Position numbers and translations under genes: made by a program
Notes under the pieces: generated by a model
Database searches by the model: none
Seen by the model: only the letters and a program-made list of their open reading frames with translations
What the model was told of the DNA's origin: nothing
Part shown: in pieces, positions 9,910 to 19,649 of the stretch
Numbering within the stretch: the first letter of the stretch is position 1
How the letters are laid out: every line of letters begins with the position of its first letter
Origin: an uncultured Roseburia sp.
Lineage (GTDB): Bacteria > Bacillota > Clostridia > Lachnospirales > Lachnospiraceae
Assembly: GCA_964387365.1 (NCBI GenBank)
Contig: CAYLWP010000001.1
Coordinates: 11,595 to 75,594 of the forward strand
Reading direction: 5' to 3'
DNA length: 64,000 bases

Positions 9910-11054
9910 GACAACAGGAAAAAATAAAGAGCAGAATCTATGTCTGCCATACGTATTACCATGTATATGTAGCTATACTAAAGGAAATGAAGCTGCAAAG
10001 GGATGCTTTTGTATCTGGTACAGAGTATCAAAAGGGAGAAATTGCCTTAAGCGAAATATCTACCAAGTTTGAAAATCTGGGAGAGCGCCTTGCAAAGACC
10101 GGTATCTTCCATGAGGTACACATGCTGGATGAAAAGCATGAGAATTTTTTCCCGGAGCTTGCCAAGTACAGACAAAATTACAGCAATATCCTGAAACACA
10201 TGATAAACCGTATGATTTTCACCAAGCGCCTTGCAAAGTGTGAAGAACCATACATGACAATCGATTTTAAGGCCTACCGGGATATCTATGTATTTTGTGA
10301 CAGCGATCCGATTGGCTATTATCTGAATTATAAAAAGATTTATTATCATGCCGTGGAGGACGGTCTTGACTGTCTGAAAAACTTAGATGATGCCTATGTG
10401 GCAAACAGCGGACATTTTAAGCTCAAGGCGTGGTTTTCCAGACATAATCTGATTTTTATCATGAACGGTTGGGGAAAATACTGCCTTGATATGGAGATTA
10501 ATGACAGAAGTGTCGTGCCGACTGACTGTCCAAGATTCGTGGAGGTTCCGAGAAAGCCTCTTGAGCAGGCACTGACAAGTGAACAGAAGAAAAAAATGAT
10601 ACAGGCTTTTATCGAGGATGCCGATACGCTCTTAGAGCAAATGAAGCCCCAAAAAGAGGGCGAGGAATTTGCCATGTTTCTTACGGAGCCGCATCCGGTT
10701 GATGAGGAAGCAAGAAAAAAAGTGTGCCTTGATATTATTGCAAAGTATTGTCAGGGATATCGGGTATTGATAAAACCGCATCCAAGGGATATGATAGATT
10801 ATGTAGACCTGTGTCCGGAATGTATCGTACTTCGCGGAAGATTCCCGATTGAAGTGTTGAATTTCTTTGAAGGCATTCGTGTGAAGAAGGCAATTTCCAT
10901 CGTAACTACGGCTATGAATGCTGTGGACTTTGTAGAGGAAAAGATTAACCTTGGCGCAAGCTTTTGGGATGCGTATGAGGATCCGGAAAAGCATGCGTTT
11001 AATAAAAAGGCCGGCTTATCGATGGCAAATGAGCATAAAGTGGAGAATAAATAA
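9906..11054 (+). CDS. Sialyltransferase-like (GT38/GT52-type) CMP-nonulosonate transferase; candidate pseudaminyl transferase
   Basis: N-terminal YVCHTYYH, VEDG and KPHPRD motifs, matching the (D/E)-D/E-G and HP motifs of bacterial sialyltransferases. The pse genes lie about 3 kb downstream. Confidence 0.7.
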   Translation: MRQQEKIKSRIYVCHTYYHVYVAILKEMKLQRDAFVSGTEYQKGEIALSEISTKFENLGERLAKTGIFHEVHMLDEKHENFFPELAKYRQNYSNILKHMINRMIFTKRLAKCEEPYMTIDFKAYRDIYVFCDSDPIGYYLNYKKIYYHAVEDGLDCLKNLDDAYVANSGHFKLKAWFSRHNLIFIMNGWGKYCLDMEINDRSVVPTDCPRFVEVPRKPLEQALTSEQKKKMIQAFIEDADTLLEQMKPQKEGEEFAMFLTEPHPVDEEARKKVCLDIIAKYCQGYRVLIKPHPRDMIDYVDLCPECIVLRGRFPIEVLNFFEGIRVKKAISIVTTAMNAVDFVEEKINLGASFWDAYEDPEKHAFNKKAGLSMANEHKVENK

Positions 11055-12794
11055 ATGTTAAAGATTTTAAAGAAGATAAACATCTTAATGGATAAGAAGC
11101 AGAAGCGGTGGATGCTTGGATTACTTTTCATGATGGTGGTAGCAGCTTTGCTGGAAACCGGTGCAGTTATGATGGTAATGACAGTTGTGCAGTTAATTGT
11201 GGATCCGGTGACATTAGAGCAGGGCGATACGTATCAGAGAATCAGTGAGCTTCTCAACCTAAGCGGAACAGTGCAGTTTTCCGTTCTTGCCATTTTGTTT
11301 TTAATTGTTTTATATGTTGTTAAAAATAGCTTCCAGTTCATTTTACAAAGAAGCTTGTATAGATTTGTTTTTACAAATCAGTTTAAAACAGCAGCTAATC
11401 TGATGAAGAATTTTGTCAGAAGAGATTATGAATATTATCTGAATGCGGAGACTTCCGTAATCCAGCGGAGTATTACCGCGGATGTCAGTAATATGTATGC
11501 CTTGATACAGTCCGTATTACAGATTACTTCAGAAACGATAGTAGCTGTGTTTTTGGTAATAGCACTTGCCATGGAGGATCCGGTTATGACAGTGGTTATT
11601 GCGGTTATGTTATTAGTGACACTAATCGTGATTAAGAAGATTGTAAAACCGATTATGAATCGAACAGGTAAGGAAAATCAGGACTATGGAGCTTCCATGT
11701 TTTCATGGATAGCACAGACCATACAGGGAATCAAGGATATCAAGGTGGCCGGTAAGGAGCAGTACTTTATCAATGAATATTGTAAGGTGGGTGAAGGCTA
11801 TGTAAAGGCTATGGAGCGTTTGAATCTCTATAATAATACCCCCAAATTATTGATTGAAACCGTATGCTTTGCAGGGCTTCTTGTCTATATTCTGATACTG
11901 ATTGTTTCAGGGTCAAATGTGTCCGGTATGATTTCGCTGTTTGCAGCTTTTGGTATTGCTGCGATGCGTTTATTGCCGGCAGCCAGCAGAATCAACAACC
12001 AGATGACCAGTATGGCATTTAATGAGCCGTTTTTCTTTAATGTCAGTGACAATCTTGTTGTGGAAACCAGTGAAGAGAATACAGATATTTCCTATGCAGT
12101 CGTAGCAAAGGAAAAGCTTCCTGTTACAAAGGCGGTTAACTTAGAGGATATTACGTATCATTACCCGAACTCGGACAAGCTGATTTTTGACCACGCCAGC
12201 GTATCCTTCCCGATTGGCAAGTCCATCGGTGTGGTAGGCGCGAGCGGTGCCGGTAAGACTACGATTATCGATATCCTGCTTGGACTTTTAAAGCTGCAGA
12301 CAGGTAAGGTGTTGGCAGATGATACGGACATTCAGGAGCACTACAGAGAATGGCTTGCCAATGTCGGCTATATTCCACAGATGATATTTCTGTTGGATGC
12401 AGATATCAGGAAAAATGTAGCCTTCGGTGTACCCGAAGAGGAGATTGATGACGAAAGACTCTGGCATGCTTTGAGGGAAGCGCAGCTGGATGAATTTGTT
12501 AAGACCTTACCGGAAGGTGTATATACAGGTATCGGAGAAAGAGGTATTCGTCTTTCCGGTGGACAAAGACAGCGTATCGGTATTGCAAGAGCGTTGTACA
12601 ATGATCCGGAGGTACTCATTCTTGATGAGGCAACCTCTGCTCTTGATAACGATACAGAGGCAGCGATTATGGATTCCATCAATCGTCTGCATGGTAAGAA
12701 GACACTGATTATTATTGCACACAGATTACAGACCATAGAGAAATGTGATCTCGTATACCGCGTTGAGGATGGAGCAATTGTGAAGGATAGGTAG
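11055..12794 (+). CDS. ABC transporter, fused TMD+NBD, PglK/Wzk-like glycan flippase (copy 1)
   Basis: Six-TM N-terminal domain, Walker A GASGAGKT, LSGGQRQR, LILDEATSALD, IAHRL. Confidence 0.85.
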   Translation: MLKILKKINILMDKKQKRWMLGLLFMMVVAALLETGAVMMVMTVVQLIVDPVTLEQGDTYQRISELLNLSGTVQFSVLAILFLIVLYVVKNSFQFILQRSLYRFVFTNQFKTAANLMKNFVRRDYEYYLNAETSVIQRSITADVSNMYALIQSVLQITSETIVAVFLVIALAMEDPVMTVVIAVMLLVTLIVIKKIVKPIMNRTGKENQDYGASMFSWIAQTIQGIKDIKVAGKEQYFINEYCKVGEGYVKAMERLNLYNNTPKLLIETVCFAGLLVYILILIVSGSNVSGMISLFAAFGIAAMRLLPAASRINNQMTSMAFNEPFFFNVSDNLVVETSEENTDISYAVVAKEKLPVTKAVNLEDITYHYPNSDKLIFDHASVSFPIGKSIGVVGASGAGKTTIIDILLGLLKLQTGKVLADDTDIQEHYREWLANVGYIPQMIFLLDADIRKNVAFGVPEEEIDDERLWHALREAQLDEFVKTLPEGVYTGIGERGIRLSGGQRQRIGIARALYNDPEVLILDEATSALDNDTEAAIMDSINRLHGKKTLIIIAHRLQTIEKCDLVYRVEDGAIVKDR

Positions 12795-12814
12795 TAGAAA
12801 GGCAAGGTAGTTGG

Positions 12815-13840
12815 ATGAAGCTGAGTATTGTAGTACCTGTGCATAATATGGCGGCAGGAAATAAATTGCGTTTCTGTCTAGATTCCCTTGTGAATCAGAC
12901 AATTTCAGATTATGAGATTATTGCGGTGGATGATGCGTCAACAGATGAATCCTTTGAGATTATGAAGGAATATGAGTCAAAATATCCATGGAAATTCAAG
13001 GCATTGCAGTCCTATGAAAACAGAAAACAGGGCGGTGCAAGAAACATGGGTATGGACGTCGCAAGGGGTACCTGGATCGGATTTGTTGATGCGGATGACT
13101 GGGTGGCACCCGATATGTACGAGAAGCTCGTACGCCGTGCGGAGGAAACCGGCGCCGATGTAGTCGGCTGTGATTACAATCTGACCGAAGAGCAGAGTAT
13201 GAAGATTGGCAGAGTCGTGCCGAATAATACAGCAGAACAGACAGGAATCCTGAACATTGAAAAAGGAAAGCTCTTTGTCATGAATCCGGGAAGTATGGTC
13301 ATTAAGATTTATTTGAAGTCTGTCATTGACGAATATCATCTTCGTTTCCCGGAAAAAACCTTTTATGAGGATAACTGCGCATCACCAATCTGGATGCTGC
13401 ATTTTAGCCATTTTGAAAAGGTCGATGAGCCCCTCTATTATTATTACCAGCACGACGCTTCCACCGTTCATGCCATCAGCATGGAAAAGTGTGAGGCGAG
13501 ACTTCTTATGGGTAAAAAGCTGATAGAGGAAGCACGCAGATGCGGCTTTTACAAGATGTACCGCAAGGAATTTGAATTCGCCTTTTCCAAGCTTTATTAT
13601 ATGAATACGCTTTACACCTATATGCTCGGAGTAAAGAATCCGAAGCTTGATTTTCTGAAGCTCATTGCAAAGGGAATGATGGAAGAGTTCCCGGAATTTC
13701 AGAATAATGCTTATTATCAGAAGGAATATGATGAGGAGCAGAAAAAAATGGCGGCATTACATATCAAGTCGCCGACAATCTTTTTGATTTATTTTAAGCT
13801 TCTGTATGGTTATCGTAGGATAACCGGAAAGCTGAAGTAG
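12815..13840 (+). CDS. GT2 glycosyltransferase
   Basis: LSIVVPVHN, VDDASTD, QGGARN, FVDADDW, FYED motifs. Confidence 0.9.
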   Translation: MKLSIVVPVHNMAAGNKLRFCLDSLVNQTISDYEIIAVDDASTDESFEIMKEYESKYPWKFKALQSYENRKQGGARNMGMDVARGTWIGFVDADDWVAPDMYEKLVRRAEETGADVVGCDYNLTEEQSMKIGRVVPNNTAEQTGILNIEKGKLFVMNPGSMVIKIYLKSVIDEYHLRFPEKTFYEDNCASPIWMLHFSHFEKVDEPLYYYYQHDASTVHAISMEKCEARLLMGKKLIEEARRCGFYKMYRKEFEFAFSKLYYMNTLYTYMLGVKNPKLDFLKLIAKGMMEEFPEFQNNAYYQKEYDEEQKKMAALHIKSPTIFLIYFKLLYGYRRITGKLK

Positions 13841-13902
13841 ATCATGGTTACAGACTGTACAGCAACCATGAATAAAGCGAAGGAAATACTGCCATACTAT
13901 TT

Positions 13903-13931
13903 TTGACGTTTTAGGCAGATTGTGGTAAAAT
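13903..13931 (+). promoter_or_regulatory. Sigma-A promoter of the pse module
   Basis: TTGACG, 17-bp spacer, then TGTGG-TAAAAT (extended -10), upstream of pseB. Confidence 0.75.
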
Positions 13932-13982
13932 GAGTTGTTTATTGAAAAAAGAGAAAAAACAGCTTTTATGGAGGATAAAAAG

Positions 13983-14978
13983 ATGTTAAACAATAAAACG
14001 ATACTGATTACAGGTGGAACAGGATCCTTTGGAAAATGCTTTACCAAATATGTATTAAAAAATTACAATCCTAAGAAGATCATCATCTACTCAAGAGATG
14101 AATTCAAGCAGTGGATGATGGCAAGTGAATTTGAAGAATATAAGGATAAGCTTCGTTTCTTCATCGGTGATGTAAGAGACTATGAGCGTATGAAGAGAGC
14201 CTTTGAGGGTGTTGATTATGTTATTCATGCAGCAGCTATGAAGCAGGTTCCGGCTTGTGAATACAATCCAAACGAAGCTATTAAGACAAACGTTGTAGGC
14301 GCACAGAATGTAATTGATGCTTCATTGAATACAGGTGTAAAGAAGGTAGTTGCATTATCTACCGATAAGGCGGTTAATCCGGTCAATCTTTACGGTGGCA
14401 CCAAGCTTGTATCTGACAAGCTTTTTATCGCAGCAAACGCATACTGTGGTGATAGGGAACTGAGCTTTTCTATTGTAAGATATGGTAATGTAGCAGGAAG
14501 CCGTGGTTCTATTATTCCATTATTTCATAAATTGATTAAGGAAGGCGCAACAGAGCTTCCAATCACCGATTATCGTATGACACGTTTCTGGATTAGCTTA
14601 GAAGAGGGTGTTAAGCTGGTAATCAAGGCTCTTGAGGAGGCAAAGGGTGGCGAGACCTTTATCAGTAAGATTCCTTCCTTCAAGATTACAGACCTTGCAG
14701 AAGCAATGGCTCCGGGGATGAAGACCAAGGAAATCGGTATCCGTCCGGGCGAGAAGCTTCATGAGGTAATGGTTACCGTAGAAGATTCCATGACTACTTT
14801 TGAATATGATAAGCACTTTATTATCTATCCGCAGATGTTCTGGCAGGAGTCTAAGCGCCCGAATCCAAGCGGCAAGCAGGTACCGGATGAGTTCTACTAT
14901 TCCTCAGGCAATAATACAGAGTGGCTTACCGTTGAGCAGATCAGAGAACTGTTAAAGGATGTAGATTTGGAGAAATAA
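13983..14978 (+). CDS. pseB: UDP-GlcNAc 4,6-dehydratase (inverting)
   Basis: ITGGTGSFG, YSRDEFKQ, HAAAMKQVPACEYNP, LSTDKAVNPVNLYG, RYGNVAGSRGS, GIRPGEKLHE. GGAGG RBS before ATG 13983. Confidence 0.95.
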   Translation: MLNNKTILITGGTGSFGKCFTKYVLKNYNPKKIIIYSRDEFKQWMMASEFEEYKDKLRFFIGDVRDYERMKRAFEGVDYVIHAAAMKQVPACEYNPNEAIKTNVVGAQNVIDASLNTGVKKVVALSTDKAVNPVNLYGGTKLVSDKLFIAANAYCGDRELSFSIVRYGNVAGSRGSIIPLFHKLIKEGATELPITDYRMTRFWISLEEGVKLVIKALEEAKGGETFISKIPSFKITDLAEAMAPGMKTKEIGIRPGEKLHEVMVTVEDSMTTFEYDKHFIIYPQMFWQESKRPNPSGKQVPDEFYYSSGNNTEWLTVEQIRELLKDVDLEK

Positions 14979-14980
14979 GC

Positions 14981-16174
14981 ATGAGTTTACCGGCAATTGC
15001 GGGGGGAACCCCGGTTAGAGATACAAAGTTATTTTATGGTCATCAGTATATTGATGATGCAGATGTGAAGGCAGTTACAGAGGTTCTTACCAGTGATTAT
15101 CTTACCTGCGGACCAAAGGTTACGGAGCTTGAAAAAAGGCTCTGCGAACTGTCAGGAGCTAAGTACGCTGTGGTATGCAGCAACGGTACGGCTGCATTAC
15201 ATATTGCAGCATTGGCAGCAGGTGTAGGTGAGGGGGATGAGCTGATTACCACACCGATTACCTTTGCAGCTTCGGCAAACTGTGGACTGTACTGCGGTGC
15301 GAAGCCTGTATTTGCGGACATCAATCCGACTACCTACAATATTGACCCGAATAGTGTCCGTGAAAAGATTACCGACAAGACAAAGGCAGTTGTTGCCGTA
15401 GATTTTACGGGACAGGCAGTGGAGCTTGATGAGCTTCTTGGCATGTGCCATGAAAAGGGCATTACTCTGATTGAAGACGGTGCACATTCCATCGGTACCA
15501 AGTATAAGGACAGAATGGTGGGAAGCATTGCGGATATGACAACCTTCAGCTTCCATCCGGTAAAGACAGTAACCGGTGGCGAAGGTGGGGCAGTTCTTAC
15601 CAATAGCGAGGATTTGTATGAAAAGCTTGTTTTATATCGTGCACATGGTATCACAAGAGAAGCAAAGCTTTTAGAGCGTGAATCCCACGGTCCCTGGTAC
15701 TATGAGCAGATTGATTTGGGATATAACTACAGACTGACCGATATTCAGTGTGCTTTGATTTTAAGCCAGCTGGATAAGCTTGAGATGTTCAGCAAGAGAA
15801 GAAAGCAGATTGTAGAGCGATACAATCAGGCATTTTCAGAGATTCCTGAGCTTTTTGTGCAACAGGAGATTCCTGAGTCAGATACAACAAGACACTTATA
15901 TATCCTGAGAATCAGACCGGAGAAGCTTACCATTGACAGAAAGGGCTTCTTTGAAGCGCTGGGAGCAGAAAATATCTGCTGTAATGTGCATTACATTCCT
16001 GTATATTATCATCCGTATTATGAAAAGCTGGGCTATAAAAAGGGACTTTGTCCTAATGCAGAGAAGCTGTATGATGAGATATTAAGTCTGCCATTATATT
16101 ACTCACTGACAGATCAGGACGTAGAAGATGTAATTTGTGCAGTAAAGAAGATAGCAGAGTACTATCGTAAATAG
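14981..16174 (+). CDS. pseC: UDP-4-amino-4,6-dideoxy-L-AltNAc transaminase
   Basis: YGHQYIDDAD, SNGTAALH, FSFHPVKTVTGGEGG, LGYNYRLTDIQ; directly follows pseB. Confidence 0.92.
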   Translation: MSLPAIAGGTPVRDTKLFYGHQYIDDADVKAVTEVLTSDYLTCGPKVTELEKRLCELSGAKYAVVCSNGTAALHIAALAAGVGEGDELITTPITFAASANCGLYCGAKPVFADINPTTYNIDPNSVREKITDKTKAVVAVDFTGQAVELDELLGMCHEKGITLIEDGAHSIGTKYKDRMVGSIADMTTFSFHPVKTVTGGEGGAVLTNSEDLYEKLVLYRAHGITREAKLLERESHGPWYYEQIDLGYNYRLTDIQCALILSQLDKLEMFSKRRKQIVERYNQAFSEIPELFVQQEIPESDTTRHLYILRIRPEKLTIDRKGFFEALGAENICCNVHYIPVYYHPYYEKLGYKKGLCPNAEKLYDEILSLPLYYSLTDQDVEDVICAVKKIAEYYRK

Positions 16175-16181
16175 AATGAAT

Positions 16182-16210
16182 AAAGCCCGGAGTAACCCTC
16201 TGGGCTTTTT
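16182..16210 (+). terminator. Intrinsic terminator between pseC and pseF
   Basis: AAAGCCCGGAG-taacc-CTCTGGGCTTT followed by TT. Confidence 0.7.
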
Positions 16211-16276
16211 GCGCGACCGAACGTATGAAATACGCGAGGTGCTGATTTGCTGAGGAAGGACGGGGAAAAAAATAAA

Positions 16277-16972
16277 ATGAAAAACGTAGCCATTATCACT
16301 GCCAGAGGCGGCAGCAAGAGAATCCCAAGAAAAAATATCAAACCTTTTCTTGGAAAGCCGATTATTGAATACAGCATAGAGGCAGCTCTGCAGTCGGACA
16401 TGTTTCATGAGGTTATGGTATCGACTGATGACGAAGAGATTGCCGGGATAGCCAAAAAGGCCGGTGCGACAGTGCCGTTTTTCAGAAGTGAGGACACCTC
16501 GAATGACTATGCGACAACTGCGGAGGTGTTGTTAGAGGTGCTCGATTCCTATGACAGAATCGGCAAAAGCTTTGACCAGATGTGCTGTATCTATCCGACA
16601 GCACCGTTTGTAACAGCCAATGCAATTAAAACAGCCATGATGCTGTTAGAACAGGAACAGGCAGATGCCTGCATTCCGGTAGTAAAGTTTTCATTCCCGC
16701 CACAGCGCTGTGTTGTGATTAATGACAATCGCCTGACACCTAAGTGGCCGGAGGATATGAATAAACGTTCACAGGATTTAGAAGCATTTTACCATGATTG
16801 CGGACAGTTCTACTGCCTGAATGTAAAGAGCTTTATGGAGCAGAAGGCCCTCTGGATGAAGAATGTGGTTCCGTTTATTCAGGAGGAAAGCAATGTACAG
16901 GACATTGATACCTTGGAGGATTGGAAAATCGCGGAAATGAAATATAAAATATTACGCATGAAGGGTGAATAA
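16277..16972 (+). CDS. pseF: Pseudaminic acid cytidylyltransferase
   Basis: AIITARGGSKRIPRKNIK, VSTDDEEIA, CCIYPTAPF, RSQDL..YHDCGQFY, QDIDTLEDW. Confidence 0.93.
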   Translation: MKNVAIITARGGSKRIPRKNIKPFLGKPIIEYSIEAALQSDMFHEVMVSTDDEEIAGIAKKAGATVPFFRSEDTSNDYATTAEVLLEVLDSYDRIGKSFDQMCCIYPTAPFVTANAIKTAMMLLEQEQADACIPVVKFSFPPQRCVVINDNRLTPKWPEDMNKRSQDLEAFYHDCGQFYCLNVKSFMEQKALWMKNVVPFIQEESNVQDIDTLEDWKIAEMKYKILRMKGE

Positions 16973-16974
16973 GA

Positions 16975-18606
16975 ATGCAGACAATAACCATTAACGGAAG
17001 ACAGATTGGAAACGGCGCACCGGCATATATCATTGCTGAAATGTCAGCAAATCATGCAGGGAGCATAGAACGGGCAAAAGAGATTATCCGTACGGCCAAG
17101 GAGGTAGGCGCGGACTGTATTAAGATACAGACCTACACACCGGATACCCTGACAATTGATTGTGATAATGAATATTTTCGGATCGGAGACGGCACATGGA
17201 ATGGGGAAAATCTCTATCAGCTTTACGGCAAAGCATATACACCGTGGGAGTGGCAGGCAGAGCTTAAGGCAGAGGCAGAAAGGGTAGGAATTGATTTCCT
17301 TTCCACTCCTTTTGATGAGAGTGCAGTGGATTTTCTCGAAGAAATGGGGATTAGCTTTTATAAGGTTGCATCCTTTGAAATCCTGCATCTTCCCTTACTT
17401 CGGTATATAGCAAGAACCGGAAAACCGATTATCATGTCAACCGGTATGTCAACCCTGACCGAGATTGATGAGGCAGTCAGAGCCATTCGCGAGGAAGGAA
17501 ACGATCAGATTGCACTTCTTCGTTGTGCAAGTGCATACCCGGCGATTACAGATGAAATGAATCTGCGAACCATGCAGAATATGGCAGAGACCTTTCAGGT
17601 ACCGGTAGGATTATCGGATCATTCCATGGGCTCTGTCGGTGCGGTAACAGCCGTTGCCATGGGAGCGGGCATTATAGAAAAACACTTCTGTCTTGACAGG
17701 GCAATTGAGAATCCGGATTCCTCATTTTCCATGAATCCTACAGAGTTCAGACAGATGGTAAGTGATATCAGACAGGCAGAAAAGGCAATGGGACGCGTAA
17801 GCTATGGTGCAACAGACCAGGAAAAAACAAATGTTATTTTTAGACGTTCCATTTTTTGCGTGGAGGACATCAAGCAAGGAGAACTGATTACAGAGAAAAA
17901 TATCCGCATCATTCGACCGGGATATGGACTGGCTCCGAAATTCTATCCGGAGCTTCTGGGGCAGGTTGCACTACAGGATATTAAACGTGGTACGCCGATG
18001 CAGCTGGAGCTTGCCGGCAGGCAAAAATGTAATGTCCTGTTTTTGACAAATAATGATAATGCCTTAGGGTTATATGACTGGCTTGCAGAGCGTGACAGTG
18101 TCATGCTTTGCCAAGATAAAATAACAGTTGATATGATAAAAGAATGGGCTCCGCAAATCATCGTCAGCTACAATTACCGTCACATGATTACGGAAGATGT
18201 CATTGACTACATGAACGGAAAAATCGTAAATCTTCACGTATCCTATTTACCATGGAACCGCGGCGCCAATCCGAATGTATGGAGCTTTGTTGACGATACA
18301 CCAAAGGGAGTAACGATACACCAGATTAGTAGTGGTCTGGATAAGGGAAGAATCCTGTATCAGAAGGAATGTACATTTGATCCGGAAAAGGAAACCTTTG
18401 AAACGACCTATCGTACCTTACATGAAGAAATTGTGAAGCTGTTCTGCGGGCATTGGGAAGAAATAAGACAATGGAAGTGTCCGCTTCTGGAGCAGGAAGG
18501 AAACGGAAGCTATCATAATGCAAAGGATTTTGAGGAACTCAAACAAAGAACAGATTTTAACTATACGGAAAATATTGCGGCGTATTTGAAGCGAAATAAA
18601 CACTAA
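16975..18606 (+). CDS. pseI: Pseudaminic acid synthase (NeuB + SAF domains) fused to a C-terminal N-formyltransferase domain
   Basis: IIAEMSANH, KIQTYTPDT, YKVASFE, GLSDHS, IEKHF, IRPGYGL..GTP; then from about 18020 NLHVSYLPWNRGANP..GVTIHQ..GLDKG (formyltransferase N/H/D triad), all in one uninterrupted frame. Confidence 0.92.
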   Translation: MQTITINGRQIGNGAPAYIIAEMSANHAGSIERAKEIIRTAKEVGADCIKIQTYTPDTLTIDCDNEYFRIGDGTWNGENLYQLYGKAYTPWEWQAELKAEAERVGIDFLSTPFDESAVDFLEEMGISFYKVASFEILHLPLLRYIARTGKPIIMSTGMSTLTEIDEAVRAIREEGNDQIALLRCASAYPAITDEMNLRTMQNMAETFQVPVGLSDHSMGSVGAVTAVAMGAGIIEKHFCLDRAIENPDSSFSMNPTEFRQMVSDIRQAEKAMGRVSYGATDQEKTNVIFRRSIFCVEDIKQGELITEKNIRIIRPGYGLAPKFYPELLGQVALQDIKRGTPMQLELAGRQKCNVLFLTNNDNALGLYDWLAERDSVMLCQDKITVDMIKEWAPQIIVSYNYRHMITEDVIDYMNGKIVNLHVSYLPWNRGANPNVWSFVDDTPKGVTIHQISSGLDKGRILYQKECTFDPEKETFETTYRTLHEEIVKLFCGHWEEIRQWKCPLLEQEGNGSYHNAKDFEELKQRTDFNYTENIAAYLKRNKH

Positions 18607-18632
18607 GCGCAATAGTAGTTGGAAAGGGTATC

Positions 18633-19649
18633 ATGTTATATTTTAGAGTGGATATGAATGAAGTGATTGCCACAGGACATGCCATGAGATGTCTGGCAAT
18701 CGCGGATGCGGCACAACAAATCGGTGAGGATGCAACCTTTATCCTGGCAGATGATAAGGCAGTAGAGCTTGTGGAATCACGTGGCTGCCGTGCCATTGTA
18801 CTGCATACAGACTGGCGTGATATGGAAAGTGAGCTTCAAGTGCTTGCTGAAGTCATAGAAAGAGAAAATATTTCCACGATACTGGTGGATAGTTATCAGG
18901 TAACACCGACCTATCTGACCGGACTTCGCAGGCTGGTGAAGGTGGCATATCTTGATGATGTGAATGCATTTTGCTATGATGTGGATACCTTAATCTGCTA
19001 TGCAAATTATTATCGGAAATTCGCATATGAGGATCGGTATCAGGGAACAAAGCTATGTCTGGGTATGGCATACGCACCGCTTCGAAGCGCGTTTTCCGGG
19101 TGCGAACCGAAACAGATTGCCGAAACCGTGGAGCATTTACTGCTATTGTCGGGAGGCTCTGACACGCTTGACGTGCTGGACAGACTATTAGAGCAGATAC
19201 CCAAAGAAGATTATAAAATAATAGATGTTATTTGTGGCGTGTATTATCCGAAATACGAAGAAATATGTAATAAGTACAAGGATTATAAAAATGTACATAT
19301 CCACAAAGCAGTTACCGATATCGAACGATATATGGAGGAGGCTGATTTGGCAGTTTCTGCAGGCGGTTCTACTCTTTATGAGCTCTGTGCAATGGGAACA
19401 CCCGTAATCTCTTATTCCTTTGTGGATAATCAGCTTGATAATGTAACAAGCTTTGCCCAGGATGGAATCATAGATTATGCCGGTGATGCCAGAACAGAGG
19501 ATATTATATTAAATATCTGTTGTTATCTTAAAAAATATAAAGCAGACAATGAACTCCGTGAGAGAAGATCACTAGCCATGCAGGAACTGGTAGACGGTCG
19601 GGGTGCCCTTCGTATCGCGAAGGTATTACAGGGGGAAGCATTACGATGA
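18633..19649 (+). CDS. pseG: UDP-2,4-diacylamido-2,4,6-trideoxy-L-altrose hydrolase
   Basis: FRVD...IATGHAMRCLAIA, LVDSY, GGSD, AVSAGGSTLYEL, VDNQ, VDGRGA. Confidence 0.88.
   Translation: MLYFRVDMNEVIATGHAMRCLAIADAAQQIGEDATFILADDKAVELVESRGCRAIVLHTDWRDMESELQVLAEVIERENISTILVDSYQVTPTYLTGLRRLVKVAYLDDVNAFCYDVDTLICYANYYRKFAYEDRYQGTKLCLGMAYAPLRSAFSGCEPKQIAETVEHLLLLSGGSDTLDVLDRLLEQIPKEDYKIIDVICGVYYPKYEEICNKYKDYKNVHIHKAVTDIERYMEEADLAVSAGGSTLYELCAMGTPVISYSFVDNQLDNVTSFAQDGIIDYAGDARTEDIILNICCYLKKYKADNELRERRSLAMQELVDGRGALRIAKVLQGEALR

Noticed and set aside
16206-16270. TTTTT-GCGCG after a terminator, resembling a group IIC intron 5' end
   Set aside because: Only about 65 bp remain before pseF, with no recognisable intron domains or RT gene.
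13983-19649. Pse genes as a flagellin glycosylation island
   Set aside because: No flagellin, maf or fliD/fliS genes in the window; the context is lipid-linked surface glycan. Use in trans cannot be excluded.
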